From Nitrospirota bacterium (GTDB lineage: Bacteria; Nitrospirota; UBA9217), in the NCBI GenBank assembly GCA_963740085.1, contig CAVUCU010000001.1, forward strand, positions 1,440,001 to 1,504,000: a stretch of DNA of 64,000 nucleotides, read 5' to 3'. Positions 32,962 through 43,240 of this stretch are shown here, in pieces. The translations under genes were made by a program, and so were the position numbers. Positions within the stretch are counted from its first letter, which is position 1. Each line of letters begins with the position of its first letter. Below the pieces are notes generated by a model. That model did not search any database, had not been told where the DNA came from, and worked only from the letters and a program-made list of their open reading frames with translations.

Positions 32962-34041
32962 TCAGGTCTCGGTATCGGTCCCCTTTTTCGACACAGGTGG
33001 AATGCGTTCAGCAGGCGCCTCACGCCCGAGCAAAACGGCGACCCATCGCGTGCTTTCATTGTTCTCGCAGGCGAACTTCAGCGTCATGGTAAACGGTATG
33101 CACAGAACCACGCCGATCGGACCAAGCAGGCTCCCCCAAAAGATCAACGAGAGAAATACGATCAGCGTGGACAGGCCGAGCCTCCGCCCCATGAGCCTCG
33201 GTTCGACCACGTTGCCGAGTATGAAACTAACCGCAAAATATCCTGCAGCGGCGAGCGCGGCGTGGCCGATCCCGAGTTGGACAAGGGTGAGAATGAGTGC
33301 GGGGATCGCGGCGATGATAATGCCGACGTTGGGAACATAGTGAAGCAGAAAGGCCAGGAAACCCCAGAGAACGGGAGAATCCACGCCGAGGATGGTGAGC
33401 CCTATCCCGATCAGAACACCCGCGGCCAGACTGATCCCCGTCTTGATGATCATATAGCGCTTCATATCATCAACGAATCTCGTGAACTGGGGAAATGCCA
33501 GCAAAGGATCACCGAGGACAGCGCGGAGCTTGCCGGGGAAGCTTGAGGCTTCGAGCAGGATAAACGTTACGGTGAGCAGGATCAGAAAAATGTTCGAGAG
33601 CGCGGAGCCCAGCCCCCCGAGCATGCTGACAGACAGCTTTATTATTACGCCCGGATTGACATAATCGAGCAGCACCTTGTCCGTGACCCGGATGCCCTTG
33701 GTTGCCAGCAGGGCCTTGAGTGCCGAGACTTCTTCCTGGATGCGGTGTTGATAGGAAGGCAGGGCCTCGACAAAGTTGTTGAGGGACGTGGCTACAAGAC
33801 CGCCGACGATCAGCAGAAGGGTGATCATACCGGTAACCACTATCAAAACCGCAACGACGGAGTGAATGCGTTTCCGTTCTAACCAGAGCACCGGCGGTGT
33901 TCCAAGCATGGCGAGAAAAACGGCGACCAGGAAGGCCACCAGGACCGACCTCGCCTGATTGATGCCCCCGATGATGATCACGAGCGCGGCCATGATTATG
34001 AGGAAACGCGTTACACGGGGAAAATTGCTCTGTTCGGGCAT
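32962..34041 (-). CDS. AI-2E family transporter
   Basis: WGFLAFLLHYVPNVG, GNVVEPRLMG, WGSLLGPIG. Confidence 0.9.
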   Translation of the reverse strand: MPEQSNFPRVTRFLIIMAALVIIIGGINQARSVLVAFLVAVFLAMLGTPPVLWLERKRIHSVVAVLIVVTGMITLLLIVGGLVATSLNNFVEALPSYQHRIQEEVSALKALLATKGIRVTDKVLLDYVNPGVIIKLSVSMLGGLGSALSNIFLILLTVTFILLEASSFPGKLRAVLGDPLLAFPQFTRFVDDMKRYMIIKTGISLAAGVLIGIGLTILGVDSPVLWGFLAFLLHYVPNVGIIIAAIPALILTLVQLGIGHAALAAAGYFAVSFILGNVVEPRLMGRRLGLSTLIVFLSLIFWGSLLGPIGVVLCIPFTMTLKFACENNESTRWVAVLLGREAPAERIPPVSKKGTDTET

Positions 34042-34213
34042 TGACAAATACCTCTTTGACAGAAATTCTCTCAGTTGGGAGGTCTGACCTGTTCTGAGAC
34101 CGCCACACACGCTGTCAATCACAGGTAAAAAACGCCGTTCTTTTCAGGCGCAGGGTGAAAATTGCGATTCTCTCGACGCATTCGATGTCAGGCTCCCTCC
34201 CGTTTCAGGCGGC

Positions 34214-35851
34214 TCAATGGCGGTCTGCGTAGAAGTCGCGCCACTCGACGGCGCCGAACTTGGTGTCGCCGAGAAGGTTGTAGGCGATACTGATGGTCCC
34301 CACCGTCTGATGCCTGTCAGGCAGATCAGCATAGTACCCATCCCGATGCGATTCGACGTACTGGACGCCGATGCCGTGGCGGCCGTAAACACGCACGGTG
34401 AACGATGCGTTCCCGCGGAAGACATGCTCCGATCCGTTCGCATTGTCGGAGCCAGTGCCGGTGACATAGTATTCGCGCCCCGTCAGGTCGAGCGCGGCAG
34501 CATTGCCGAAGATGAGGCGGAGCGCGAGAAGCCCCTGCGGGACGACGCCGTAGTGGTAGTCACGTTCACCCACGGCGGCATTGCCCACGGTGGCGATGGT
34601 GCCGGCCGCTCCGAAACCGACGCCGCCGAGGGCCGAACCCTGGAGCGCCACCGAGCGCGAGATCCACCACTGGGCTGTGGTTCCGAGCGAGAGTGCCGTG
34701 CTCGAGACGCGGAAGATCGCCGGCGATATGTAGTCGTAGCTCCCGTAGAGGCCCCACACGCCTCGATAGGCGTCGCCAAGGGAATATTTTGTTCCATAGA
34801 GAAGGCCGCGGGTCATGATGTTCTCGAAGGCGTTGCCGCCGCTGCGGGCGATAGCGGTAAATTCGAAATGGAAGTAGTCGAAGGGACGCTCGTAGCTATA
34901 ACCGGGTTTCCCGGGAAGCCCGTAGGCCATGGAGAAGTCTCCCGACACTTCGGGCCGCTTAATGGTTCTTCCGATGCCCTGGTCCGTCTGGTGTGCGGTC
35001 AGGCTCGCGCCGAGCCGCAGGCGCGTGAAGACAGCCGGGTCGTTGCTCACCCATACGGCCTTGAAACGGTTGCCGAAGGCGAGGCGGTTGATGCCGGTGG
35101 ACGGCGAGAGCCCCGCGGCGCCCAGTTCGCGCCAGAATCCCGGCTTGCCGTTGCCCTCAAGGACGTAGCTCGCCATCCGGAAGAGCGCTTCGCCCAGGAG
35201 TGACCCGCCGAAGCTCGTCATGATCTGATCGTTTATTGAGGGCGGTCCGGTCTCTCCGAACGTCTCCCAGACATAGCTTGCCGCGAAGGTATAGCCAAAC
35301 GACTCCCAGAAATTGAGGCCGGCTGACCGGGCGAAGCCATAATTGAACGACCCCATGTAAGGATGCATGATAAAGTTCATGCCGAAGGGGTCGGTGTCCA
35401 GGGTCCAGGGGCCGTGGATGACGTGGTTCCAGCCGGTGTTCCAGTTCGTGCCGTAGACGTCGGTGCCGTAGACGGTGCGGTCAAACCGGTTGAGGAGCCA
35501 GAGGAAGGACGGGATCTCAAGCGCAGGGATGAGATAGCTCTTGTTGAAGCCCGGACCCCAATCAGCCTCCAGCGCCGGGATAACAGGCGCGGCGGGATCG
35601 GGCTTCACGGCGTAGTCCGTATTCAAGGCGGTCTCCAATGACGGAAGAATGAGCGCGCTGGAGCCGCGTTCCGCGGCAAAGCCCGCACCAGGCGCCGCGA
35701 GACCGAGCATGAGAATGCAGGCAATGAGGGGCCACCTGCGCCGCACGCCATACAGGGGTCCGGTCATGTCAGCCGTCCGGTCAGATCCGGCCCCGGTCTC
35801 CACGATCCTGGCCCGCCACTTCTTGAGTTGAGAATTAATCAGTTTAATCAT
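34214..35851 (-). CDS. DUF3943 domain outer-membrane-associated protein
   Basis: DTDPFGMNFIMHPYMG...ARSAG..FWES...WE..GE...PSINDQ. Confidence 0.8.
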   Translation of the reverse strand: MIKLINSQLKKWRARIVETGAGSDRTADMTGPLYGVRRRWPLIACILMLGLAAPGAGFAAERGSSALILPSLETALNTDYAVKPDPAAPVIPALEADWGPGFNKSYLIPALEIPSFLWLLNRFDRTVYGTDVYGTNWNTGWNHVIHGPWTLDTDPFGMNFIMHPYMGSFNYGFARSAGLNFWESFGYTFAASYVWETFGETGPPSINDQIMTSFGGSLLGEALFRMASYVLEGNGKPGFWRELGAAGLSPSTGINRLAFGNRFKAVWVSNDPAVFTRLRLGASLTAHQTDQGIGRTIKRPEVSGDFSMAYGLPGKPGYSYERPFDYFHFEFTAIARSGGNAFENIMTRGLLYGTKYSLGDAYRGVWGLYGSYDYISPAIFRVSSTALSLGTTAQWWISRSVALQGSALGGVGFGAAGTIATVGNAAVGERDYHYGVVPQGLLALRLIFGNAAALDLTGREYYVTGTGSDNANGSEHVFRGNASFTVRVYGRHGIGVQYVESHRDGYYADLPDRHQTVGTISIAYNLLGDTKFGAVEWRDFYADRH

Positions 35852-35906
35852 GGTCAAATACCTCCTCGATCCTTCCAATCAACCCTGACGTTCAGCTTGG
35901 ACAAGG

Positions 35907-36095
35907 CTATTTTCCCTTGGCCTCTTCCTGGATTTTCTTACCGGCCTTTTCGACCTGATCTCCGCCTTTTTCAACCGTCTTGTCGATGCTCTTGCCGGCG
36001 CGCTCCATAGGTCCCTCTTTTTTACACCCGGATATCCCCATAAGCAGTAAACTCACGACCAGCGCTGCAATGATATTCTTCGAGATCTTTATCAT
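35907..36095 (-). CDS. Small lipoprotein
   Basis: Lipobox ISGC; KEGPMERAGKSID. Confidence 0.75.
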   Translation of the reverse strand: MIKISKNIIAALVVSLLLMGISGCKKEGPMERAGKSIDKTVEKGGDQVEKAGKKIQEEAKGK

Positions 36096-36268
36096 TTGTA
36101 TCTCCTTTTGCGACAGTCATTTATCCATACAACGTTTGATCCGTTTTTTGATTCTGTTACTGCTGTCACCTGCGCTTTCACATATTCCATATAATTCTGC
36201 ATATCCTCGCTGGTCCAGTCCGGCGGCTTCTTACCAGTTTGTGCTACGAATTGTTCCAGGAGTTTCAT
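36092..36268 (-). CDS. 58-aa hypothetical protein (not in ORF track)
   Basis: GGGAGG RBS; MKLLEQFVAQTGKKPPDWTSEDMQNYMEY...; stop overlaps the next ATG (ATGA). Confidence 0.6.
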   Translation of the reverse strand: MKLLEQFVAQTGKKPPDWTSEDMQNYMEYVKAQVTAVTESKNGSNVVWINDCRKRRYK

Positions 36269-36417
36269 GGATCATTTCCTCCCTCTCGTTCGTGCATCGA
36301 CAGTTCTTCTCGCCGTTGCACTTCACTGCACCATAAGGGTTTGTCAGCTTCGGCGGGAGCCGCGCCATCTCCGTGGCCGTATGCGTTGGATCTTTCATGG
36401 ATTGTCCGTTGATCCTT

Positions 36418-36963
36418 TTATTTTGTCTCTTGCAGCTTCAAGAGGCTCTTAACGGATTTAACCCCCTTAATTTCCTTGATCTTTTCAACGAGTCGTGCCT
36501 CGGTCTCCCTGCTGTTCACAAAACCCTGGAGAACGACTTCTCCCTTTGTCGTCGTCACATCGATCTTCAGATAATGGGCATCCGGGTCTGCAACGATTAT
36601 CCCGTTAACCTGCGTCGTGGTCGTCGCGTCGTCCATAAATTCACCCGCTGTTTCGGTCTTCTGTGTGGACAGGAGGCTCTTTACGGATTTAACACCCTTA
36701 ATTTCCTTGATCTTTCCTACGAGCCGCGCTTCGGTGTCCTTGCTGTTCACATAACCCTGGAGAACAACCTCTCCCTTCGTTGTCGTCACATCGATCTTCA
36801 GAAAATGAGCATCCGGGTCTGCAATTACTATCGAATTAACTTTTGACGTAATCGTCGAGTCGTCCACATATTCACCTGTTGTTTCGCCCTTGAGCGTGGC
36901 GCAGCCTGAAAACAAGGCCACGCTTAAAACCATTAATACTACCGACAGAATGATCTTTTTCAT
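36418..36963 (-). CDS. Two-BON-domain lipoprotein (OsmY-like)
   Basis: Lipobox FSGC; DDSTITSKV...IDVTTTKGEVVLQG duplicated. Confidence 0.9.
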   Translation of the reverse strand: MKKIILSVVLMVLSVALFSGCATLKGETTGEYVDDSTITSKVNSIVIADPDAHFLKIDVTTTKGEVVLQGYVNSKDTEARLVGKIKEIKGVKSVKSLLSTQKTETAGEFMDDATTTTQVNGIIVADPDAHYLKIDVTTTKGEVVLQGFVNSRETEARLVEKIKEIKGVKSVKSLLKLQETK

Positions 36964-37123
36964 TTTTCTTCTCCTTATTTATATTTTCTGCAATTAAATT
37001 CAAGTGTCTGTCTGAAACTCCCAAGAGAGCCGAGAGAATAAATTCTTCTGAGTCCACCTTCTTTCAACGCTGACAATGAGGACGCTGCTGTTCCCGCCGG
37101 TGTCAACCCGGTCTTTTCTTCTC

Positions 37124-37444
37124 TCACGCCCGCGCCGCTGTTATTGCCTCAAGCCCTGCTGTGGACCCAACGGTATTGAACCTGATGACCGGCTCTGCGC
37201 GGAGCAGCCTCATCGCCCCGTTCAAAACGCCGAAATGGTCTGACCGCAGATGGTTGTCCAGGTCCGCCCTGGTCTTCCACTCCTCTTCAAAGAAGAAGAC
37301 GCGTTCGTCCTCCACATCCACGTAGCAGTTGCAGCTTATGCAGCCATGCTCGCGCCGGATCGGGCCAAGTATCGCTTTCAGCGTTTGCAGGACTTCCTTT
37401 CGTTTCTCAAGAGGCACTGTCATCTTAATGGTGGTTTCGATCAT
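37124..37444 (-). CDS. Antibiotic biosynthesis monooxygenase (ABM) family protein
   Basis: REHGCISC, EEW....LDNHLRSDHF. Confidence 0.82.
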   Translation of the reverse strand: MIETTIKMTVPLEKRKEVLQTLKAILGPIRREHGCISCNCYVDVEDERVFFFEEEWKTRADLDNHLRSDHFGVLNGAMRLLRAEPVIRFNTVGSTAGLEAITAARA

Positions 37445-37494
37445 GGCCGATCTCCTTGATAGGTGAGTCGATTGCCGGTACAGGGGATTTCTTC

Positions 37495-38202
37495 TTATTC
37501 ACGGTTGGACCTTCTGTCATCCTGCCTTCCATCCTGTTTTTTTTCTTCCCCTCTTTCAGGTCCTCCCTTTCGAGGTTTGGATTTCCGTGGAGACTCCATG
37601 TGCTGTGGCTGTGACTGCCGCGATTGGACCTTTCCGTCTTGTGGTCGTGAATGTTGCGGTCTGCCTGCCTCTTGGGCTCGCGGTTCTACCCGGGACCTTG
37701 GTCGCACCTCTCGAGACGGTTGTGGTGATCGCGTTCGGGGTTTCAAACCCTGGACACCCCAGGTATGTTGCTTCTCCCAATGCCTGTCCTTTTCCCAGCC
37801 CCTCCAGTTTTTTTGAACTTGCTGGTGAGGTATTCGCTGGTAGTTCCACTGATGCCCTCTCCAGCGATGTTCCCGATAGTCATTCCTCCAGCCTGAAGGT
37901 ATCTCCCTATAAAAAGAGGGGACCCTTTGATAGTAGGCCCAGCCTGAGTCGTAATACCGTGAGCGATACCAGCGCCCTTCCCAGGGACGCCACCACCAGC
38001 CGTTGTAGAAATAGATTTCCGCATCCGCGTCCGGGACCGCGTAGACATACGTCTCGGGGAGCACTATCACTTCCGGGGGTGCGGCAAACACAATAGGCGG
38101 CGGCAGAGATATGCTAATGCCAACATTCACTTCCGCCATCGTCGGAACCGGAACTACAACTCCCAATGCCAGGAGCACTGTTCCCAAAAATAACTTTATC
38201 AT
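37495..38202 (-). CDS. Exported Pro/Trp/Arg-rich hypothetical protein
   Basis: Signal peptide, VNVGISISLPPP, WW..W.G.WY motifs, disordered tail. Confidence 0.7.
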   Translation of the reverse strand: MIKLFLGTVLLALGVVVPVPTMAEVNVGISISLPPPIVFAAPPEVIVLPETYVYAVPDADAEIYFYNGWWWRPWEGRWYRSRYYDSGWAYYQRVPSFYREIPSGWRNDYREHRWRGHQWNYQRIPHQQVQKNWRGWEKDRHWEKQHTWGVQGLKPRTRSPQPSREVRPRSRVEPRAQEAGRPQHSRPQDGKVQSRQSQPQHMESPRKSKPRKGGPERGEEKKQDGRQDDRRSNRE

Positions 38203-38203
38203 T

Positions 38204-38603
38204 TTATATCTCCTTCTTTGACTGGCCGGTCGCTTCTTCCATCATCTCGGCGACGCGCGATTTCTCCATCCACGTTTTCTCATTTACGGCCGCATGGAGC
38301 ATAACATAACCGATGGCCGCGTAGGCCAAACCCAGGAACAAACCGAGAACTGCCTTTGGATTCCACGGTCCAGGGCAGCAGGATGAACAACCCCGCGTGG
38401 AACAGCAGCATACCAACGCCGATAAGACCGATCGCGAGCCCCGTCCGCATCAGACTGATCATCGACCACCTGGCCATCTGAACGACGTGCAAATAGAACT
38501 TTGCCGCCTCGATCTTGAGCAGTTGAATCGAAAGACGCCGCCAGCTGTCCATCAGCCTGATCGTAATTCCAGCCAGAAGCCCCTTGATTATGTTCTTAAA
38601 CAT
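38204..38603 (-). pseudogene. YqjE/holin-like two-TM membrane protein, frameshifted near 38355
   Basis: Adjacent to the DUF883 gene; TM segments continue across ORFs 38280..38603 and 38204..38416. Confidence 0.6.
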
Positions 38604-38624
38604 AGGCCCTCCCGTTGGACAATG

Positions 38625-38972
38625 CTACGTGCGATTCCGGCCCATTATGTAGCCGAGTAACACACCGACCAGCGCAGAGCCTGCGATATAGGGCCACGGA
38701 TTCTGATGCACGTTCTCGTCTACGTCGTGGGCGATTTCACGGGTTTTCTCGACGCCGACCTCCCGGGCATGAGCGGACATCTCGAGCGCCTGATCTTTGG
38801 CAGTGGTCAGTGATTTCATGAAACTGCCTTCTTTCTCCAGGATCAGGCTCCGCAGATTTGTGTACTTGTCAGACATAACCGCTTTTAACTCGTCCTTTTT
38901 CTGCTTGGCCGCCTCCTCAAGAAGTTTCAGAGCTGCTGCAAAGTTCTCATTGCTTGTTTGTGTCTGTTCCAT
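38625..38972 (-). CDS. DUF883 (ElaB/YqjD) family tail-anchored protein
   Basis: DENVHQNPW...GVLLGYIMGR C-terminus. Confidence 0.85.
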   Translation of the reverse strand: MEQTQTSNENFAAALKLLEEAAKQKKDELKAVMSDKYTNLRSLILEKEGSFMKSLTTAKDQALEMSAHAREVGVEKTREIAHDVDENVHQNPWPYIAGSALVGVLLGYIMGRNRT

Positions 38973-39079
38973 GACGAACCCCCCTTTTTTTTTGAACCCG
39001 ATATTTTGTCAATGGGCCTGAATGTACTGGCAATGGACACGTTACGCGCCCGTTGGCAGCAACTGGACGTTCAGACCCC

Positions 39080-39271
39080 TCACTTCCCGATATGAATCGA
39101 TGAGATGTCTCCGATGAGTCCGAAGACGCTCAATAGCCATAGGATCACGACAATGACCACTACCACATTCAAAATTTTCTTTATGGTGGATTGCATCGGT
39201 ATGTAGCTGTTGATCACCCAGAGGATCACCCCGACGACAACCAAAACAATCACTAATTGGATCAGCGGCAT
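39080..39271 (-). CDS. Thivi_2564 family small membrane protein
   Basis: LVVVGVILWVINSYIPMQSTIKKILN. Confidence 0.82.
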   Translation of the reverse strand: MPLIQLVIVLVVVGVILWVINSYIPMQSTIKKILNVVVVIVVILWLLSVFGLIGDISSIHIGK

Positions 39272-39428
39272 GGTATTTCTCCTTTCATGCTTTGCCTGTT
39301 TACCCTCGAAGACGGGTGTTCAAGCGAAGGCCTGTCAGCGCATTACCTTGCATCAGGTCCTTATTCTTCTCTCGCAACTCCCCCCAGTGAGACGAGCGCA
39401 GGGTGATTCCTCATGCTCCGGAACCTCT

Positions 39429-39581
39429 TCAGATCCGCCCAAGAAGCAGGAGGATGATCAGGATCAGAAGGATGAGCCCGAGTCCGCCGCTGGGATAGTA
39501 TCCCCAGTTCCTGCTGTGGGGCCAGGTGGGAAGTGCGCCGATAACCACGAGGACTAATATGATGATCAGTATTAAGCCCAT
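39429..39581 (-). CDS. DUF3309 family small membrane protein (50 aa, not in ORF track)
   Basis: MGLILIIILVLVVIGALPTWPHSRNWGYYPSGGLG. Confidence 0.88.
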   Translation of the reverse strand: MGLILIIILVLVVIGALPTWPHSRNWGYYPSGGLGLILLILIILLLLGRI

Positions 39582-39641
39582 GTCTTTTCTCCTTTCCTGT
39601 TACTCTTCTCTGCATTTTTTTGGGAAATGGGTCGTACTAAT

Positions 39642-39788
39642 CTACCGCCTCCGTCCCTGAATGAAACCGATCACGATTACTACCAGCGCGACCACAAGCA
39701 AAATATGGATGAACCCACCCATGGTGTAACTGCTGACCAGCCCCAGTGCCCAAAGGACTAACAGTATCACAGCGATTGTCCACAACAT
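39642..39788 (-). CDS. lmo0937 family small membrane protein (48 aa, not in ORF track)
   Basis: MLWTIAVILLVLWALGLVSSYTMGGFIHILLVVA; AAGGAGG RBS. Confidence 0.88.
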   Translation of the reverse strand: MLWTIAVILLVLWALGLVSSYTMGGFIHILLVVALVVIVIGFIQGRRR

Positions 39789-39960
39789 ATGGTCCTCCTT
39801 TCTGACTGCTCGGGCCCGTTGCCCGCTTGCTCATCGGTCCGGCAATCTATGCGTACCTGAACTCGACTACCCGATGGTCATTCGGTTCTTTTCGCCATTC
39901 ACACCTTCGCTTTGTTGACGAGTCCGGTGGCCGGGTCCTTCCGGCCGTCGTCCCGTCCTG

Positions 39961-40251
39961 CTATTTAAACCTCGAGCTCGCGTCGTGGTAGGCGGTCTTC
40001 GCTTCAGCCCACACTTTTTCCACGCCCTTTTTAATGTCGTCCCATGCCTCATCGCCGGCAGTTTTCAACTCCTGCAGCTTTATCGTGGCTTCTTTCTGCC
40101 TGCCTTGCAAGGCTTCGATGGTTTTGTAGTATTCGATCTTCGCGTCGGCCTTGGCATTGTCCGCCTTGGCCTTGAGCAGGGCGATCTGTGCGCTCCATTC
40201 CTTCAACTGCGCACCGAGCTTCTCTTCGTATGCTTTTCGTTTATTTATCAA
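39961..40251 (-). CDS. Coiled-coil stress protein (sll1863-like)
   Basis: AYEEKLGAQLKEWSAQI...AWDDIKKGVE. Confidence 0.75.
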   Translation of the reverse strand: MINKRKAYEEKLGAQLKEWSAQIALLKAKADNAKADAKIEYYKTIEALQGRQKEATIKLQELKTAGDEAWDDIKKGVEKVWAEAKTAYHDASSRFK

Positions 40252-40293
40252 AGCAGCCTCCTCGTAGTAAAAACGTTACTCCCAAATTCCAGG

Positions 40294-40443
40294 TTACTGA
40301 TGCGGACGCATGTGCCCTGGTCCAGGCACGTGCCCCCCTCCGTGCCCCCGTCCCGGTCCTCCCGGGAAAAATGGAAAGCATGATGAAAGAGCGAGTAACA
40401 AAACAAATACGAGCAATACCATTACCGTCTCTATTTTTTTCAT
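40294..40443 (-). CDS. 49-aa Gly/His-rich lipoprotein (not in ORF track)
   Basis: MKKIETVMVLLVFVLLLALSSC-FPFFPGGPGRGHGGGHVPGPGHMRPHQ; GGAG RBS. Confidence 0.7.
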   Translation of the reverse strand: MKKIETVMVLLVFVLLLALSSCFPFFPGGPGRGHGGGHVPGPGHMRPHQ

Positions 40444-40560
40444 GATGTATCTCCCTTTGAGTCGCCTTGGACTCTTTCACGCGGTAGTCCTTATGCTTTC
40501 AGGGAATACCGGCATCGGTGTCCCCGGCAACAGACCGGTGATCCGATCGTATGCCTGCGA

Positions 40561-40782
40561 TCAGCCTTTTTTGCGGCCCGTGACCAGCAGCACGATCCCG
40601 CCCACGAGCGCGATAGCGCCCACGATCGGGGGCAGCGGAAGCGTTCGCGTCCTGTCAGCCGACATGTGCACAGGACCGAGATCGACGATCTTCTCTCTGG
40701 TCGTAAAGTCAATGCCCTGATACGCAAAGGCCACGATTGCGATAACAATGAGGATGATGCCTAATATCGTATTTGTTCTCAT
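40561..40782 (-). CDS. DUF3185-like small membrane protein
   Basis: YQGIDFTTREKIVDLGP...LPLPPIVG. Confidence 0.78.
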   Translation of the reverse strand: MRTNTILGIILIVIAIVAFAYQGIDFTTREKIVDLGPVHMSADRTRTLPLPPIVGAIALVGGIVLLVTGRKKG

Positions 40783-41822
40783 TTCGTGCCGCCTCCGGCC
40801 TCCGGGCCGGGTTTCTGCGATTCACGTTCGATGACGATCTCAACGCGGCGGTTGTTGGCGCGCCCCTCGGGTGAAGCGTTGTCGGCTATCGGGCTCCCCT
40901 CGCCCATTCCGCGTGCCTGGATGCGGTCGGCCGGGTAGCCTCTCTGCACGAGGTAGTCGCGGACCGCGTCGGCCCTGCGTTGGGAGAGTCCCTGGTTGTA
41001 TGACTCCGAGCCCCGGGAATCGGTGTGCCCTTCCACGATAAGGTTGCGCGCATGGACCGCCAGCAGCGCTTTGGCCACCTGGTCAAGCTTTACCCGCGCG
41101 GAAGGCAGCAAGGTCGACTGGGCGGACCGAAAGAGAATGCTTCCTGACAGCGTCACGACCAGTCCGCGTTCCTCTTCCTTGACCGCTGCGAGCTTGGCGA
41201 GATCGGCTTCCGCTTTCTCCTTGTCCGCTGCGAGCTTGGCGAGATCGGCTTCCGCCTGCTCCTTGCTTGCCTTTTCAGCGGCCAGAGCGGCCAGAGCTTC
41301 GGCTGCTGTCTTCTGGGATTCGCTCATTTCCTGCTTCTGCTTCTCTATCTCGGCTTGCTGCTTCTGGAATTCGGCGTCCTTTTTTTCTTTTTCCTTGGCT
41401 GCCTGTTCAGCGGCAATGGCGGCAAGCGTTTCCTGATGCTGCTTCTCGGCTTCGCTCAATTCCTGCTTCCCCTGCTTCACCATTTCGGCTTGTTGCATCT
41501 GGAATTCGGCGTCCGCTTTATCCTTTTTTGCCTTGGCGGCGGCCGTGTCGGCGAGCGTTCCCGCGAGTTCAGCCTTTCGCTGGGCGACATACGCGAGATC
41601 TTTCGTTTTGTCCGACTGGGGTTCCTTCTCGAATGACTGTTCCGCCCGGACGAGCGCCTCATGCGCCTTGTGTAATTCAGCGGGCACAAGTTGCTTCGCC
41701 GGACCCTGGCTCGCCTGCTCGTAGGCCGCACGTGCGTTGACGAGTTCACTCGGCGCTTTGACCGCGCAACCGGCGACGAAAGCGACCAGCGTGGCTATGA
41801 TAAAAAATTGCATCGTTTTCAT
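40779..41822 (-). CDS. DUF4398 + coiled coil + OmpA peptidoglycan-binding lipoprotein
   Basis: AAGGAGG RBS at MKTMQ; lipobox VAGC; EGHTDS..YNQGLSQRRA..NRRVEI. Confidence 0.88.
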   Translation of the reverse strand: MKTMQFFIIATLVAFVAGCAVKAPSELVNARAAYEQASQGPAKQLVPAELHKAHEALVRAEQSFEKEPQSDKTKDLAYVAQRKAELAGTLADTAAAKAKKDKADAEFQMQQAEMVKQGKQELSEAEKQHQETLAAIAAEQAAKEKEKKDAEFQKQQAEIEKQKQEMSESQKTAAEALAALAAEKASKEQAEADLAKLAADKEKAEADLAKLAAVKEEERGLVVTLSGSILFRSAQSTLLPSARVKLDQVAKALLAVHARNLIVEGHTDSRGSESYNQGLSQRRADAVRDYLVQRGYPADRIQARGMGEGSPIADNASPEGRANNRRVEIVIERESQKPGPEAGGGTK

Positions 41823-41850
41823 AATATCCTCCTTTTGGGTTGCGATTGGG

Positions 41851-42216
41851 TCATGGGTTGTCTTGCCGGAGTTGTCGCACCCGCTCCACTGCTGCCTGGG
41901 CCTCCGCCTTCTCGGCCTCCCCGCGCGAGAGCGCGACAGCCAGCTCGGCGTCGGCTTCAGACCGCAGCAGCATCGATGCGGCCTACTCCTTATCACCTTT
42001 TGCGGCCAGTCCCTTGGCGCGGTCCAGTTCTTCCTTGGCTAGTTGCAAATGAAGCGAAGCTTGCGGTACTGTGCCCGCTCCGGCCTCCTCGGCTGCGCGG
42101 ATCGCCGACGCAGTCGACTCTGTACGCAGGGGGGCGCTTGTGCATCCCGCGGCGATTGCGATGGCCACGACGGCCACGGCGAGAACCATACTTCTGATCT
42201 TGGATACGTGTCTCAT
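41851..42216 (-). pseudogene. DUF4398 lipoprotein with an in-frame TAG at 41983-41985
   Basis: AIRAAEEAGA...AKEELDRAK...KE* continues in frame as AASMLLRSEADAELAVALSR. Confidence 0.8.
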
Positions 42217-42332
42217 TTAGTCCTCCTTTTGTACTTTGATACGCGGTTGTCTCAATGGATCTTCTCTATTTCTTTCAACTCTCAAACGCTGTTGTTTCAT
42301 CGTTGATTACATAACTTCGGACCTGAACGCAA

Positions 42333-43091
42333 CTACTCGATTTTCATCCGGTTCTTTACGCTCTTCACGCCGTTTACGTCGTCCACGAGTTTGGTCACCA
42401 GGTCCTTTTCGGCCGCATTCTTTGCCTTGCCGCCCACCGTGACCACGCCGCGCTTCGTGGCGACCGTAGTGCTGAGGGCGCTGGTCGAGCGATGGAACAG
42501 CAATGCCATTTTTACCTGGGCGGTTATGGAGGCGTCATCGATCTTTTCACCCGCTGTGCGGGATGTCTTTTTCGATGTCTTGGCAACGGTCATCTCATTT
42601 TTGACGTCTTTGACCCCGTCGATATCTTTGGCGTATTCGGTTGTCAGCTCCTTTTGCGCCTGGCTGGTCGCTTCACCCTGCAAGGTGACGATTCCATCTT
42701 TCACGTCGACTCCGGTTTTGAGGCCGCTCACGCTGCGATGGAACAAGAGTGTGGTCTTCACTTTTGCACTGAGCCACGCATCCGAGTTCTCTGCAGGGCG
42801 TTCACCTTTGACTTCGAGGCTGTTATCCACTTTTTTCACTCCGGGCAAACCCGCCACGGTTTCCTGGGCCAATGTTTTGTGGGATTCTTCCGAGACAGTC
42901 CCTGTCAAGGTGACGACGCCTTTCTTAGACTCTATTTTAATATCATCGTCTTTGAGATAGGTCTTGAACACATACGACTTCTTGGCCGACGATTCGATGC
43001 GGTCATCCGTCTTTGAAGCGTATGCAGGCACACCGAGCGCCACCAGGGCCACCATTGCCAGCATCAGGGCTGCCGAAAATATTGCTTTCAT
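42333..43091 (-). CDS. Three-BON-domain exported protein (OsmY-like)
   Basis: GVVTLTGTV, DAWLSAKVK, DDASITAQVK. Confidence 0.9.
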   Translation of the reverse strand: MKAIFSAALMLAMVALVALGVPAYASKTDDRIESSAKKSYVFKTYLKDDDIKIESKKGVVTLTGTVSEESHKTLAQETVAGLPGVKKVDNSLEVKGERPAENSDAWLSAKVKTTLLFHRSVSGLKTGVDVKDGIVTLQGEATSQAQKELTTEYAKDIDGVKDVKNEMTVAKTSKKTSRTAGEKIDDASITAQVKMALLFHRSTSALSTTVATKRGVVTVGGKAKNAAEKDLVTKLVDDVNGVKSVKNRMKIE

Positions 43092-43240
43092 GGTATGTTC
43101 TCCTTATTATTGTTGTTACTGCTTTTTGAATTCTTTTTTACTTCAAAGACCCAATGCCCTTCGGAGTCCTTCTTGTGGTATAATCGTGCAACCGCGGCAG
43201 GGGGTCCAGGGCTCCGGCGCTCATTGATGCGCCGCTTTCA

